From Takakia lepidozioides (Eukaryota; Plantae; Bryophyta): a DNA stretch of 64,000 bases. The notes below the pieces were generated by a model. That model worked only from the letters and a program-made list of their open reading frames with translations, made no database searches and was not told the DNA's origin. The position numbers and the translations under genes are program-made. Where the stretch lies: positions 19,716,001 through 19,780,000 of the forward strand of contig CM060734.1 of NCBI GenBank assembly GCA_030704615.1, read 5' to 3'. Numbering within the stretch: position 1 is the stretch's first letter; each line of letters opens with the position of its first letter. Below, in pieces: positions 39,350-53,140 of this stretch.

Positions 39350-39660
39350 AATTCAGGACCTGCAGCTTTAGCGATCTCCATTTCAAAGAAATTATTTAAT
39401 GAATTGGGGCCACTAGTTCTGGCGATCCCGATTTTTTTGTTTTTTTATCAGATCAAATTGACGGTCTCGATTTTTTTTCCGGATAAAATCAGGACCACCA
39501 TAGATGACGGTCCCAAAAAAAAATCAGTTTTTATTCTTTTTTAATGATAAAATCGGGATCGTCTCAGCAAGCGATCTCGATTATTATTATTATTATTATT
39601 ATTATAAAAATGTTTTGGATAAATTCTGGATCGTCAACTGCTGGCGGTCCCAATTCAATT
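39350..39660. repeat. Second tract of the GGGACCGCCA...TGGCGGTCCC palindrome family
   Basis: e.g. GGACCACCATAGATGACGGTCCC and GGATCGTCAACTGCTGGCGGTCCC. Confidence 0.7.
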
Positions 39661-40419
39661 GAAAAACAAAAGAATAGAGACTGTCTGCTCTGTCAAGCCA
39701 AATTATTCTATGTAGCAATGACAAAGTCATAACACCTTCTTTATGAGGAGGGATTGGAGTCGGCCCAAGCGTGCTCTTTGGTTTACCTCCTACAGGTCAT
39801 GATCATTTATTTTTTCATGAACGAATTTTAAGAACCAACTGTGCTCAAATGATTTGACCGTAAATATCTTCGAGAGCTTATCTGTAACATTGAACCTTCA
39901 ATACCAATGTGAGTGTTGTAAGGAGGTGATTCAAAGATCATACAATCCATTTGTAAAGTTTTTTTCCATGTTAATTTTAAACGAGAGCAGAATCTTTAAA
40001 TGTTATTAAGATATACATTTAAGATCGAGATCCTTTTATTGCTCCTTTTGTATTTTCGGATGCTGGAACTTAATTCTGATGGAACGTCGGAGACATATAT
40101 GGATGGTTTTAGGAGAGAAAACCTTATACAAATGGCAAGGCACATAAGAAATCATTATATTCTGAGAGAGAAAGCAGAAAGAATGCTTCTCGTTATAAGA
40201 AAACCTATGCAAACTTCGCAACAAGGTTGCACACGTCTGACGCGACTAACATCATGTCAGTTTTGCCGAAAAATCAGTAAAACATGAGTTATGTGAAAAA
40301 TATGCTACGTAGGTGGACACGTTGTATTCCAAGCGACACATTGGCAAGTGAATGAATTGTTTTATAAATTACTCCATCCGCCAATATTTGATGTCATTTT
40401 TAAATCATTATTGTTAAAT

Positions 40420-40950
40420 TGGTGCGACCTCCAAATGGTGGTGGTCGCAGAATTTATCTTATTTTTTAATAGTTGCGACCACCAGCAGAGAGGTTGTCGC
40501 AGCATTTTTTTTTATAAAAAAATAGATGCGACCACCAGCAGGGGTGGTCGCATTTTTTTCTTTTCTTAAACAGTTGCGACCACCGCTACTGGTGTCGCAC
40601 AATTTTTATTTTATTTGTAATAGGTGCGACCACCATCAGGGGGTAGTCGCAACATTTTTCTGTTTTTTAATATCTACGACCACCAGCATGGGGTGGTCGC
40701 AGCATTTTTCTGTTTTTTTTAATAGGTACGACCACCAGCATGGGGGTGGTCGCAACAATTTTCTGTTTTTTAATATCAGTGACCACGAGCATGGAGGTGG
40801 TCGCAACATTTTTCTTTTTTTTAATAGGTGCGACCACCAGCAGGGGGGTGGTCGCAGCAATTTTCTATTTTGTAATATCTGCGACCACCAGCATGAGGGT
40901 GGTGCCAGCAGTTTTTTTTTAAAAATACATGCGACTTCCGCGACCAGACA
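40420..40950 (+). repeat. Left subterminal palindrome array (TGCGACCACC-n-GGTGGTCGCA)
   Basis: About 10 copies at ~50 bp spacing. Confidence 0.9.
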
Positions 40951-42721
40951 GCATTGGATTCTGATTCGTCAAGCGCTTGGAGGCGTCACAATGCCCTCAC
41001 TTCTTTTGGGTGAGTGAATGTTCTATATGAGCAAGAGTGTCCCAAGATGAGGGTGCGGACCGTTTGCTGTTGTGGCTTCCACCAGAGCCACTGCCGCTTG
41101 TCGAAAAGCACAATACTACATGGTGCATTGATCCGTTGTTGTCGCGCACCTCACTTCGGTAAGCTCCCCTTCAAGTCATAGTTACTCGCTTTGATGCGCG
41201 CGCCTGACTCCCAACCTGCCGCCCGGGCCAACTTGGAGCTTCGGCTGCTCACCGGGACATAACGGTCCCCCTTCGCTTCCCTCTAAACCCTCCACCTATT
41301 TGGGACTAGGAGAATTCCCTTTGGTAGATGGCAGTCCGGAACAGCTCCCCACTCTTTGGTCGCTTTCCGGCTCGCTCGCTTACTCACTAGTTTTTGGTCA
41401 CCAACGGGCTTGCACCGTTCTCGGGTTACTACTCCCTATATATACTTCTGTAGCTGTCCGCGGGGGTTTCATAACCAGCCATGCCATTTTATGGCGAACC
41501 ACCACGAAAACCCTCGACTCCCGGTGATGAGTCGCGGTGAGTCTTGGCCCACTCACACGGCCCATATGGACCGTGATGAGTCCCAAGACTCCCCACGACT
41601 CCCACCACGAGGTCTCCGCCCCCATGGTGAGTCCTATGCCACCCCCACTAAGTCCCGCTAAGCTACCACCACCCCTTGTGGAGCCACCCCCACCGCAACC
41701 CGGTGTGCGGGGCTCCACCTAGTGAGCGCCTCCGCCTCCTTGAGTGCCTTGGGCACTCAAGGGTGCTTCAGCCCCCCATACCTATCGCTGCCGATGCCCC
41801 CACCACAGGGGCAGCCCCTCATGTGTCCCGACCCCCTGCCCTCAAGGCAAAGGGCCGCGACACACACCCCTACCAACAGGGAGTCGATGTCCTCATCGAC
41901 TTGTCCATTTTGTAGAAACGAACATCCAAGTTGTGGCGTCCCACATCAAGGAGTTTGTTTCCGTACCATGGCGTCCCATGGCAAAGAACCAAACCCCACA
42001 CTTGACTCTACTCTCCACTAGCTAGTTCGGCCGACTTCCTCCAAGTCCCGGCCAAGGGTGGAGCCTCTCCAGCTCCTCCCAGTGCACTCTTCTTGGCCTA
42101 CTTCAAGGCCAAGGAACGATCCTCCCCGAGGATCGAATCGCCTTACTGCAACAACATTGCTTGCGATCGCTCATGATGCCGCTTTTGGCATCACCTTGAG
42201 CAAGGGTTCCCTGGAACCCTCTTTGACTAGGAAGATAACCTTGAACCAACCGTGCGCCCCAATCACTACAATTGGGTCCGCCTTGGAATGCTGGCCTGAG
42301 GTACGGGAACACGCCGAAGCCGCACTACGACTTCGTCCCGAGGCTACACGATTATAGTACGTGAACGGAAGCACGTAGCTTCCGCGTTAGCCCGCACTAC
42401 AAGGCAACCCCCTCGGTAGCGCAGTTATAGTACGCGCACGCGCCAGGTGCGCACTAGCACGTGAACTCCCAAAGAAGTCGCAAGTTTCCTTGCCCCTTGG
42501 ATGGGGGTCACCGATTTCGGCACTACGCAAACACACGATTAACCCAATTTACCTCTCCCACTTTTATAAGCTAGCATGCATTCTACACACTAGCCAACCA
42601 TACCATGCATCACCATTCCAAACAAAATAGGACGCACAACATTTGGAACCCATTTCCTTTATAACAAATTTTTGTACAATACAAGTTTTTGCAATCGGAT
42701 TCCTAAGCTAGCTAAGCCGGG

Positions 42722-45700
42722 CTAAGCATGCATTTCCTCCCCCACGCTCCAAGGTTGATGTCCCATCAACGCTTTCTTCCGCTTTTGAGGTCGCCCTTCG
42801 AAAGCTGCAACCGCCTCGGATGCGTTTCCCATTTCTGAGGCACGCACCCAAGATGCCTCCACATGATGATAGCCCTTCCATTTGACGAGATACTCCGTTT
42901 CTCGGTTCTTGAACCTCCTCGACTTAAGTATTGCCTCCACCTCGTACTCAGGTTCATTTTCATGATCCAACAGCATAGGTGGCGGACGCAACACTTGATG
43001 CCGATTCGGACGCGCTTCATCTTTGAAGTAAGGCTTCAAAAGGGAGACATGGAATACTGGGTGCACCTTGCTGTTTGCCGGCAGCTCCAATTCATACACA
43101 TCCTCATTCATAACCTTCCGAATGCGAAAGGGTCCCGCATACGGAGGTACGAACTTCGGACTCACTTCCGGAGGTAGTCGAAAATTCTTGATGTTCAACC
43201 AGACCTCTGTGCCTGCCTCAAACTTCACTTCCCTCCGCTTCCGATTCGCCTGCCTTTCATACCGTTTCCTAGCTTTGGCAATGTTGTACTTTGCGAGCTT
43301 CAACAAACGCTCGCGTTTTTTCCAGTACCGCCGCTACTGCCGGTTCCTCAACGTCCTGGGCGGCCCAACTTGTCGGCACCAGAGGTGCTTTTCCATAGAC
43401 CAATACGAAGGGGAAACTCCCGTTGCGGAGTGTTTGTGTTATTATAACAGAACTCTGCCGCGTCTAAGTGTTCCACCAGTCTGTTTGGTCTGCCGACACG
43501 TAATTCCGCAAGATCTGCTTCACTACGGAATTCACCCTTTCTGTTTGGCCGTCGGTCGTAGGTCGGAAGGCGGTGCTCATCTTCAGCCTCGTCCCCATCT
43601 TCTTCCAAAGTGTCCTCCAAAATTTACTCGTAAACTTTGGATCGCGATCCGAGACAATATCCTTAGGGACTCCATGATGCTTTAAGACGTGGGCGAAGTA
43701 AAGTCGCCCTGTCTCCTGCGCCGTTGCCGTCTCCTTGGTGGGGATGAAATGGCCCATTTTACTGAACCTATCCACCACCACCATGATTGCATCGAATCCT
43801 TTTGACAGCGGCATAGCAGTCATGAAATCCATCGAGACGCTTTCCCAAGTCCCCTCTGGAATCGGCAAGGGTTGTAACAGCCCCGCTTGCTTTTTGTACT
43901 CGCTCCGGTTTTGTTGGCATGTGGTGCATGTCTTGACATACTCCTCTGCCTCCTCCCTCAGTTTGGGCCAGAAATACTCTTTCTTCAAGAGTGCCGCAGT
44001 GCGCTTGGCTCCGCCGTGGCCCGCAAGCGGGCTATCATGGCATTCTCTCAAGAGGCTATCTCTGATCCCTCCCTTTGGCACGTAGAGACGTTTTTGCTTA
44101 TACCGGAGCAGTCCATTTTGCAAGTGGAACTGCGATTTAACCCCCATCCTCAAGTCCTGCATCACGGACTTCGCCAGCTCATCCTTCCGGCAAGCCTTCG
44201 GATCTTCCTTTGGAGCGCCGTCTCGCCCTTGTACACCAACAAGAGCTGCTGCTTTCTACTTAAAGCATCGGCCACCACGTTGTCTCGTCCCGGTTTGTAC
44301 TGGATATCCACGTCGAACACGCCAAAGTATCTTGCCACCTAAGTTGTTTTGGGACAACTTGGGCTGCGTGGCAAAATACTTCACCGTGACATTGTCCGTG
44401 AACACCTTCACTGGGTTGGAACCAACATAGTGGCGCCAAAGCTCAAGGCAATGCACCACCGCCTTCATCTCTTTTTCGTGCGTAGGCCACCGTCGCTCCA
44501 CTTCATTCAGTTTCTTACTTTCGTAAGCCACTGGACGTCCATCTTGCATAAGTACACCCCCAATCGCGAAGTCCGACGCATCTGTATGAATCTCAAATGG
44601 ACGATCGAACTCCGGGATTTTCAAGACTGGAGCTTCCGCCATCCGCTGCTTCAATTCAGCAAAAGCTTGGCCACAAAATGTGTTCCATACCCAGACTTTG
44701 GATTTACACAGAAGGTCCGACAGCGGCCCGCGATCTTGGCGAAATTTCTCACATACTTCCGGTAATAGGAGGCGAGTCCTAGGAAGGATCGCACTCCCGG
44801 ACCGAAGTCGGAGGCTCCCAGTCCAAGATCGCCCTCACCTTTCTGTCATCCATTTTGATCCCATCCTGTGTAATCACATGCCCCAAGAACTCCACTTTCG
44901 TGACCCCGAATTCGCACTTTGAAGCTTTGGCGTACAGCTTCCCTTCCCGCAACTTTTGGAACACCCTTTTGAGGTGCTCCAGGTGCTCCTCCTTTGTTTT
45001 CGAGTACACCAAGATGTCGTCGATGTACACGATCACAAAGTCATCCAACCACTCCTGAAAAAGGCTGTTCATCAGCGTGCTAAAGGTCGCTGGTGCATTG
45101 GTGAGCCCAAAAGGCATCACCAAGAACTCATATGAACCATACCTTGTCCTGCACGCGGTCTTCTCCTCATCTCCTTCCGCCACCCGAATTTGATGATAGC
45201 CGGAGCGCAAGTCGATCCGGCTGAAATACTTCGCTCCTGCCAACCGATCGAAGAGGTCGTCGATCCTTGGCAAAGGGTACCGGTTTTTTATAGTCACCTT
45301 ATTCAGAGCCCTGTAATCGACACACATCCGCAGCGTCCCATCCTTCTTGTCTGCGAATAGCACCGGGGCTCCGTAAAGTGACTTACTCGGCCGGATGTAC
45401 CCCTTTGACATTAGATCCTTGAGCTGAGTCTTCAGCTCGACCAACTCTCTGTGGCTCAACCGGTAGGGCGCCTTGGCAGGCGGTTCCGATCCCGGTATCA
45501 CCTCAATCTTGTGGTCAACTCCTCTTCGCGGTGGCAAGCCGCTTAGTAAATCCTCCGGCATCACATCCTGGTATTTCTCCAAAATCCCCTTGATCCAATC
45601 TGGGCTCGGCTCCCCATCGCCTTCTCCCTTCACTTCTCTAATGTAAAGCAAAAACTGGGGTTCGTGTGCCTCCTCCACGGCCCACTCCCTTGCTGACAGA

Positions 45701-45837
45701 AGGTTTATTCGCCCTCCCACGGATTTGGGCGTTTCCGACACTCGTAAGACCTCGCCACCATTCCCATATGGCAGCGTGACTACTCTCTTGCGGCCATCTA
45801 TGACCGCTCCGGATTTACTCAAAAAGGTCATCCCCAA
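42722..45837 (-). pseudogene. Chromovirus pol: RT, RNase H, integrase, chromodomain (frameshifted)
   Basis: [30 protein letters not shown]; HTDASDFAIG; HDSPLAGH...CTTC, SDRDPKF, TDGQTERVN; YAGPF, HPVFHVSLLKP; EYEVEAIL...EYLVKWKGY...ASW. Confidence 0.95.
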
Positions 45838-45845
45838 AATGAGAT

Positions 45846-47375
45846 CTACTCCATCGATCTCGCAAATGGTGAAGTTCTCACGTCCCTCCCAACTCCCAGT
45901 TGAAGAGGAACATTAAACGCCAACCTTGTCGCCAACTGTGGTTCTCCTTTGGCAGAACGCACCTCAATAGAGGCCCCCACGTCACTTGTCGGGAGTCCCA
46001 GCTTTTGTGCCACCGCCGGTGTCATGAAGGAGTGCGACGCTCCTGTGTCCACCAACAACGACACATTAGTTCCGGATATTATCCCATCCACGAACAATAA
46101 CTGACTCCCTTTACGCAGGGCGCCAGTTTCCTGATACAACTCACAAGAATAGTTGCCTACCTTGCAAGTCCTGGCGACCACCGCTTCCACCAAGCGACTG
46201 ATGGTATCTTCCGACAGCTCCGTGGTCGCCCGAGTCATGTTCAATTGCCGGGGCTTCGTGCACTTCTTGGCCATGTGCCCGGGCTCCCCGCAATTGAAAC
46301 ACACTCCATCAAAGGTCACCTTCTGTCCGCCATAAGCCGCTCCACCCGCTTTTCCTTTCAAAGCACCGGGTGCCGCCTTGACGTGTGAAGGCCCTCCCTT
46401 CGATTTCCACGTGCCATTATCGCCGCGTGGCCTATCCCACTTCTTTTCCGGTCGGAAGGAGTCACCTTCCCGCCGGGTCTTCTTGTGGTTCAGCTCCGTA
46501 CGGCCTTGTCTCTCACCCTTAGGGACATCCGAGAAACATTCAGCCCTCTCAATTGCCTCGTTCAAAGTCTTGGGTGGCTTCTCCTCCAACTTCCGCCTGG
46601 CCCATGGGGCCAGTCCCGCCACAAAGTTGAAGACCATTTCTGGTTCTGCCATGTCCGCGACTTCGAGCAACAGCACATTGAAAGCCTGGACATACCCCCG
46701 AATGTCATCTGTTTGCTTCAAATTCCTCATCTTGTCTCGGGCAAGCCAGGACGCGTTGAGGGGCACAAACTGTCTCTTCATCAATTCCTTGAACCCACTC
46801 CAGTTCAAGGTTTCCGGGCTTGGGCCTCGGTTGTGAAGGCGTTTCTGCCACCATTGTTGAGCATAGCCCCTCAAATAGGTGGGAGCCACTTCCACCCGAT
46901 CCTCGTCACTCAACTTGGCCGCCCGGAAGTACTGCTCTAGCTCTAGGAGCCAGGTGTTGAGTGCCTTCCGATTTCGAACGCCCTCGAAGGTGCCGGGTTC
47001 CTTAGGCTTCACCTTAAACTTTGCCTTAGTGGAAGTGGCATTAGCCGCCTTCAACATGTCTTTCAACGTCTCGCCAAACTGCGCCAACAACCCTTCCCAA
47101 AAAGCTGCCAGCATGGGAGACATCTGTTGGTCTGTCGGAGCTCTTATGGATTCCTCGGGCTCCGACTCCTCGGATTCCTCCCGCTCTTGAGCGGCCTCGT
47201 TTTCAGAAACCTGCGTCGCTTCCTCAAACGGCCGCTTCGGTGACACGTCGCCCCCATCGGGCTCACCAGGATCATCATCTTTTGGGCCGTTCCGCTTTCG
47301 CTTTGGCTTGCCCGACCCCATGATATGGCCAATCCCAAGGACGATCGCGTACTGAACTCTAAGCTCTGATACCAA
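45846..47375 (-). CDS. Chromovirus gag + aspartic protease
   Basis: PKEPGTFEG...[34 protein letters not shown]. Confidence 0.93.
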   Translation of the reverse strand: MVSELRVQYAIVLGIGHIMGSGKPKRKRNGPKDDDPGEPDGGDVSPKRPFEEATQVSENEAAQEREESEESEPEESIRAPTDQQMSPMLAAFWEGLLAQFGETLKDMLKAANATSTKAKFKVKPKEPGTFEGVRNRKALNTWLLELEQYFRAAKLSDEDRVEVAPTYLRGYAQQWWQKRLHNRGPSPETLNWSGFKELMKRQFVPLNASWLARDKMRNLKQTDDIRGYVQAFNVLLLEVADMAEPEMVFNFVAGLAPWARRKLEEKPPKTLNEAIERAECFSDVPKGERQGRTELNHKKTRREGDSFRPEKKWDRPRGDNGTWKSKGGPSHVKAAPGALKGKAGGAAYGGQKVTFDGVCFNCGEPGHMAKKCTKPRQLNMTRATTELSEDTISRLVEAVVARTCKVGNYSCELYQETGALRKGSQLLFVDGIISGTNVSLLVDTGASHSFMTPAVAQKLGLPTSDVGASIEVRSAKGEPQLATRLAFNVPLQLGVGRDVRTSPFARSME

Positions 47376-48212
47376 GTGTCGCGCACCTCACTTCGGTAAG
47401 CTCCCCTTCAAGTCATAGTTACTCGCTTTGATGCGCGCGCCTGACTCCCAACCTGGCCGCCCGGGCCAACTTGGAGCTTCGGCTGCTCACCGGGACATAA
47501 CGATCCCCCTTCGCTTCCCTCTAAACCCTCCACCTATTTGGGACTAGGAGAATTCCCTTTGGTAGCTGGCAGTCCGGAACAGCTCCCCACTCTTTGGTCG
47601 CTTTCCGGCTCGTTCGCTTACTCACTAGTTTTTGGTCACCAACGGGCTTGCACCGTTCTCGGGGTTACTACTCCCTATATATACTTCTGTAGCTGTCCGC
47701 GGGGGTTTCATAACCAGCCATGCCATTTTATGGCGAACCACCACGAAAACCCTCGACTCCCGGTGATGAGTCGCGGTGAGTCTTGGCCCACTCATCACGG
47801 CCCATATGGACCGTGATGAGTCCCAAGGCTCCCCACGACTCCCACCACGAGGTCTCCGCCCCCATGGTGAGTCCTATGCCACCCCCACTAAGTCCCGCTA
47901 AGCTACCACCACCCCTTGTGGAGCCACCCCACCGCAACCCGGTGTGCGGGGCTCCACCTAGTGAGCGCCTCCGCCTCCTTGAGTGCCTTGGGCACTCAAG
48001 GGTGCTTCAGCCCCCCATACCTATCGCTGCCAATGCCCCCATTACAGGGGCAGCCCCTCATGTGTCCTGACCCCCTGCCCTCAAGGCAAAGGGCCGTGAC
48101 ATGTTGGGCCATTGCATTCTGTTCTAACTTCTATTGTTCTTGACAAATCTACCAAGTATACTAGTGTTCTTTTTTCAACCTTAAGTTTGTGGTTAGGGTT
48201 TTGGGTGTGAGG

Positions 48213-50131
48213 ATGAGGGAGGAGTGGATCCCTTGGTTCACTGTAGACCCGCACAAAAAAGAAGGTGTTCAATGCAATCTCTGTGCATTGAAACTGGCGG
48301 GTCGCAAAGATCGCATGTTATATCACCTCGGCTACAGAAATGGGAAGAATGCAGGGGTTAGTTTGTGCCCAAAAGCCTCCATGCGAGTGAAAGCCCACTT
48401 TGCCCAATGTGGAGGCAATATCCCACCGTCTCTTGATGTGGCCGCGGCTTCAGAGCCAAACACTCCATGTTTGAATCAAAATGTCCCTCAGAGTTGTACC
48501 CAGGGGGATTCTTGCGAGGCGTCTGCTGTTCGTGGAGAAGCCGGTGGGTCAGGAGCAACACCCGATTGTACGCCAGTACTTGTACGGACCAGACCATTGA
48601 GGCAACAATCAATGCAAGAAGGCTTAAATTTGTCGCACATGAGGACTCTGGATAAGAAGTGGGCCCAATTTTTCTACGAGGCCAATATTCCGTTCAATGT
48701 CTCGAGGCTTCATGCGTTTGTGGCTGCTATCAAAGCCACGTCCGATTCCAAGTCCACATACACACCTCTGAGTTATCGCGATCTCCGCACATGATTGTTA
48801 GAAGAAGCTATGTTTGACCTCACCCAAAAGGTGAATGAAAATACAGGTGATTCTCTCCGAAAATATGGAAGCACTATATGTGCGGACGGTTGGAGTTTTG
48901 TTACTAATCGACCACTGTTCAATATCATGCTGGTCTGTCCTGCGGGGGAACAATTTATAGGATCCGTTGACACAAGTGGGGAGAGAAAATATGCACGTTA
49001 TCAAGCAAGGGTGTTGACGAGTTTCATTGATAAAATTGGAGCTGATAAAATTGTCCAAGTGTGCACGGACAATGCATCTAACATGGTTAATATGACCGAT
49101 ATTTTGATGGTACGATATCCCCATCTATATTACCAAGGGTGTGCTGCTCATATCTTTGATCTCCTTTTTGAGGATTGGAGAAAAGAATCATGGATGAAAC
49201 AACTAGTAAAAATGGCAAAGTTGGTTGTGACATTCATTCGTACACATCATATCCCTCAGGCATTGTTTAGAAAGCATGAACCCAAAAACAGCCTTAAGAA
49301 CCCGGGTGGAATCCGCTTTGCCACAAACTTTTTTGATGGTGGATCGACTGGTGACTGTGAGGGCGGGTCTGGAGCAGGTGATCATTGACCCTCAATGGGA
49401 TGCGTATGTGGGCACCTTACGCGACTCTCGTAAGTCCAAGTCTTTGAGCAAAAGTCAAAGGGTCCGCGCAATCATTCGCTCCGACGATTTCTGGGCGAAA
49501 TGTGCAAATTTTGTGTACATGGTGGAGTCGGTGTTGATTGCTTTGCGAGAGTTTGATGAAAAACAACCAATAATGGGTAAAGCATGGTTGATATTGGAAA
49601 ACCTTGAGAAGCACGTGCAATCCTTGAGGCGTCCTCCATTTTCTATGGACGATGATTTGGCGGCAAGGACCAATGATGCATTTTACGACCGCAAACGGAT
49701 GGTTCGCACGGACTTGCATTATGGGGGGCTTTGTTGAATCCATTCTTGCTGGACAATACGGATTTGAGAGACGATGTGGATGCCAAAGCCAGGCTTTTTT
49801 ACTGGTCATCATGCAACTCGCGCCCTTGAACATGGCAGAGCGAGCTTTGTCCGAGTACCAGTGCTTCTCGGATTGCTAGAATCCTTTCCATGACATGCCG
49901 GATCCAAAAACAATGAACATATTGCCACATGAATGGTGGGATTTGATTGGAGCTGGAGCAAAAACGTTAGCTCCCATTGCAAAGCGGATTCTTGCTCAAG
50001 TGTGCTCTACCTCGTCCTGTGAGCGGAACTGGAGCAGTTACTCGTTTGTTCACAACAAGATTCGCAACAGGTTGAATCCTGCCAGGGCTGACAAATTGGT
50101 TTATGTCTACACGAATTGTAGGCTACTGTGA
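48213..50131 (+). pseudogene. hAT transposase: BED finger, DUF659-type core, hATC dimerisation domain
   Basis: VQCNLC...MLYHLG; FFYEANIPFN; ICADGWS; VQVCTDNASNM; CAAHIFDL; RFATNF; EWWDLIG...SSCERNWSSYSFVHNKIRNRL. Stops and frameshifts present. Confidence 0.92.
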
Positions 50132-51479
50132 GAGATGACAGCAAGTGATGCATCTGCATGGTACGAGAAGAATCTGTTGTCTGAAGAATCTGCCTCAGAG
50201 GTCCAATCTAGCAGCAATGATAATACCGATGCCGCGAGGGACTCTGACTCCGACTCCGACGGGTTGGGATGGGTCCGATGATGTGGGCAATCCTCCATAT
50301 GACCCATATGAATTTAATGACGATGATGCTGCAATGCATCCATCCTTCGATGACCTTGTTGTTGATGAACTGCGACATGGTGTCATCCCAATTGCGGACC
50401 CCCTTCCCCCACTGGAGCACACTCTCAACAATGAAGTTGAGCTCAACCCTCCCCCACCATGAGTTCCACGGATTGCGGGAGATGTGCAGGTCAAATCGTC
50501 AGATGATGACAACCGGCCGTTGTCATTCCTTCACCGACATCGTGCCCCTGTGAACCGTGCTTCATCTCACGCCGCTCCATCTCATGTTTGTCTTTTCAAG
50601 CCGGTCCATCCCATGCTGGTCTATCTAGTCTCTCTCCCCCTCATGTAATTCCTTCCATCACTACTCCGATCCTGGGAGATGCTTCTTCTTCTGCGGGACT
50701 TCTGCAAGTTGAACCATCGGATGACGACGACCGGCCATTGTCGTTTCATCTGGCCCGACGACGTCCGCATTTGAACCGTGCTCCCTCGACCCTCGCTGGT
50801 CCATCTCATGCCCCTTCCTCTCATGTCGGCCCCTTTGATGTAGGTGCGAGTAGCCTTCCTCATACGAGACCTGCTCCAAGGCCACCACGAAATCTGGGAC
50901 AAGCCCAGAAACGGCAGAGAATTGTGCAACCTTTTGTTGGTGACCGATCTGTGAACAGGCCTGATACCCTAGATGATATTCATGATAGGAGTGGAAATCG
51001 ACCAGAGAGACAACTTAACGTACTCCGAGGACGACTACAGGTCCAATGGCCAGTTGCCTCTAGAAACGAAAAAACAGATGGAGATCATGATTCTAGCACT
51101 GATCATGGGAACGGAGGTAAAGTGAGTGGGGACGAAGATTTTGTACTAGGCGTGAGATCATACCATCGTCGGCGTGCCAAACGGAATTAAGTACAGCTAT
51201 AACTTCTGTCACATGATGTGTAGTATGTTTCCATGGATATCCATGTTTCAGTTTGGGTACATGCATACGTGTACGGAAATAAAAATGGTGGAATATGTGT
51301 ACTCAAGAAAGGGTTTGGTGGTTGTGCATGTGTTTGTGTTTCGTCATTACCTTTACATTGTTGATTTCATATTATAGGCCAGGTGATTTCCCAACATTCA
51401 TCTTCCCTTTCACAAATCCATGGGGAGTCGATACATGTGCTTTTCATCTGCATCTCCAAACATACATACAGGTGCAGGG

Positions 51480-52510
51480 GGACCAACCTCCTGGTGGTCG
51501 CACCTATTTTTAAAAAAAACAATTGTGCGACCACCAATAGCGGTCGTCGCAACTGTTAAAATAAAAGAAAAATGTTGCGACCACCCCCCTGCTCGTAGTC
51601 GCACCTATTTACTGATTTAGTAGGTAGTAAGTTAGTACGTAGTAAGAGGGGGGGTCCCTTATATAGCCTCTCAGGGCGGTGGGACCCTTCTAGAAGCCCG
51701 CCGACCCTGGAGCCTTCTAGAAGGCCCTAGACACATGTCAACCCTACATGACTCCTTATTCTAAATTTAGCCAATTCCTCCATTCTTTTTTTGGACCCCC
51801 TCATCTCATTCCTTAATACACGTGGCCTTCTTACATAGGCGCCCCACTCTAATTCCTGGGCCACAGTAATTACTGGACCACTCTAGAATCAAGGCCCGAA
51901 TGAAACTGCTTTACATATTATTCGCACATATTTAACAAAAAGAAAAATGGTCCGACCACCCCCCTGCTGGTGGTCGCATCTATTTAAAAATAGAAAATTC
52001 TGCGACCACCCCCTTGCTGGTGGTCACCCCTAAAAAAAAATGGTGCGACCACACCCCTGCTGGTGGTCGCAGATATTTAAAATATATATATATATATATG
52101 TGACCACCCCCCTGCGAGGACCCCCCTGCTGGTGGTCACACCTTAAAAAAAAATGGTGCGACCACCAACTACTGACTGTTGGTAGATATTAAAAAATCAG
52201 AAAATTATGCGACCACCCCCCTACGACCACCCCCCCTGTTGGTGGTCGCATCTATTAAAGAAAAGGAAAATAGTGCGACCACCAGCAGTTGGTGGTCGCA
52301 CTTTTTTTTTAAAAACAAAATTTCTGCGACCACCCCCCTGCTGGTGGTCGCGCCTATTAAAAAAAAGAAAAATTATGCGACCACCCCCTTGCTGGTGGTC
52401 GCACCTATTAAAAAAAATAAAAAAATTGCGACCACCCCCCTGCTGGTGGTCGCACATAAAAAAGAAAAGAAAAAATGATGCGACCACCCCCTGCTGGCGG
52501 TCGCAGCTAT
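51480..52510 (-). repeat. Right subterminal palindrome array, inverted relative to 40420-40950, interrupted by an unrelated ~320-bp insert (~51610-51930)
   Basis: Repeated GCGACCACCCCCCTGCTGGTGGTCGC. Confidence 0.9.
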
Positions 52511-53140
52511 TACTAGCGTGCGTAGTCATGATAACAACACGCGCCTTGAGTGTGGAGGGGGGCTTATAAGGTCTTCGAAGCCATTCTCTCCCTCACTTTT
52601 CTCCACACCAGGACTTGGGGGGCGATGAGATGTTGCATTCCTTGTCATTGAGTCCGAGTGGAGAGGGGTGCTATTGGTTGGGTGGGGGGTATTTTGGGCC
52701 GTTGGTTTCTACGAAATCGATGCTGGGTACCTCCCGGGAAGCCCTCCTCTGGCACCCACGTTTTTTTCATTGCACATTGCGTCATATCACTTAGAACTGC
52801 GGAGGGAGTGACACGTGTCTGTAGTACTTGGGGAGGTGTCGTGCGCATACATATCGCTACACAACTACATCGCTGTCCAAAACCACACAACACATGTGCA
52901 CGCCACACACTAGTATATCACTAGTCCACCACTAGACATCTTAATAATGGGAAAAGGAAGAAACCAGTCTTGCATGCTGCAGACAGTATCCTGAGAGACA
53001 AAAGCCAGACATTTTCATGGAAACAACCATATTGCTGCTACATGTGCCATACATAGGCGACTCCAAACTTGCTTCATGCAATTTGCATTAGGCTGAAATC
53101 TAAGCCGTGTGTGATGATCCTTACAACTGTATCCATGCAA

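Larger units (their letters stand above)
41140..48101 (-). mobile_element. Full-length Ty3/Gypsy chromovirus
   Basis: LTRs 41140-41862 and 47377-48101 (TG...CA, near-identical). PBS-iMet at 47363-47374. PPT-like GGTAGGGGTGTG next to the 3' LTR. TSD only approximate (CGTTG/TGTTG). Confidence 0.97.
40420..52520 (+). mobile_element. hAT-transposase-carrying DNA transposon bounded by inverted subterminal arrays, interrupted by a chromovirus
   Basis: TGCGACCACCAGCAGGGGGTGGTCGCA arrays at 40420-40950 (T-rich spacers) and, in inverted orientation, at 51480-52510 (A-rich spacers), flanking a hAT transposase. Exact TIR and TSD not identified. Confidence 0.7.

Noticed and set aside
40526-41017. ORFs with RPPPCWWSH / CDHQQGGGR repeats (also 52179-52569)
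   Set aside because: They are translations of the subterminal repeat arrays.
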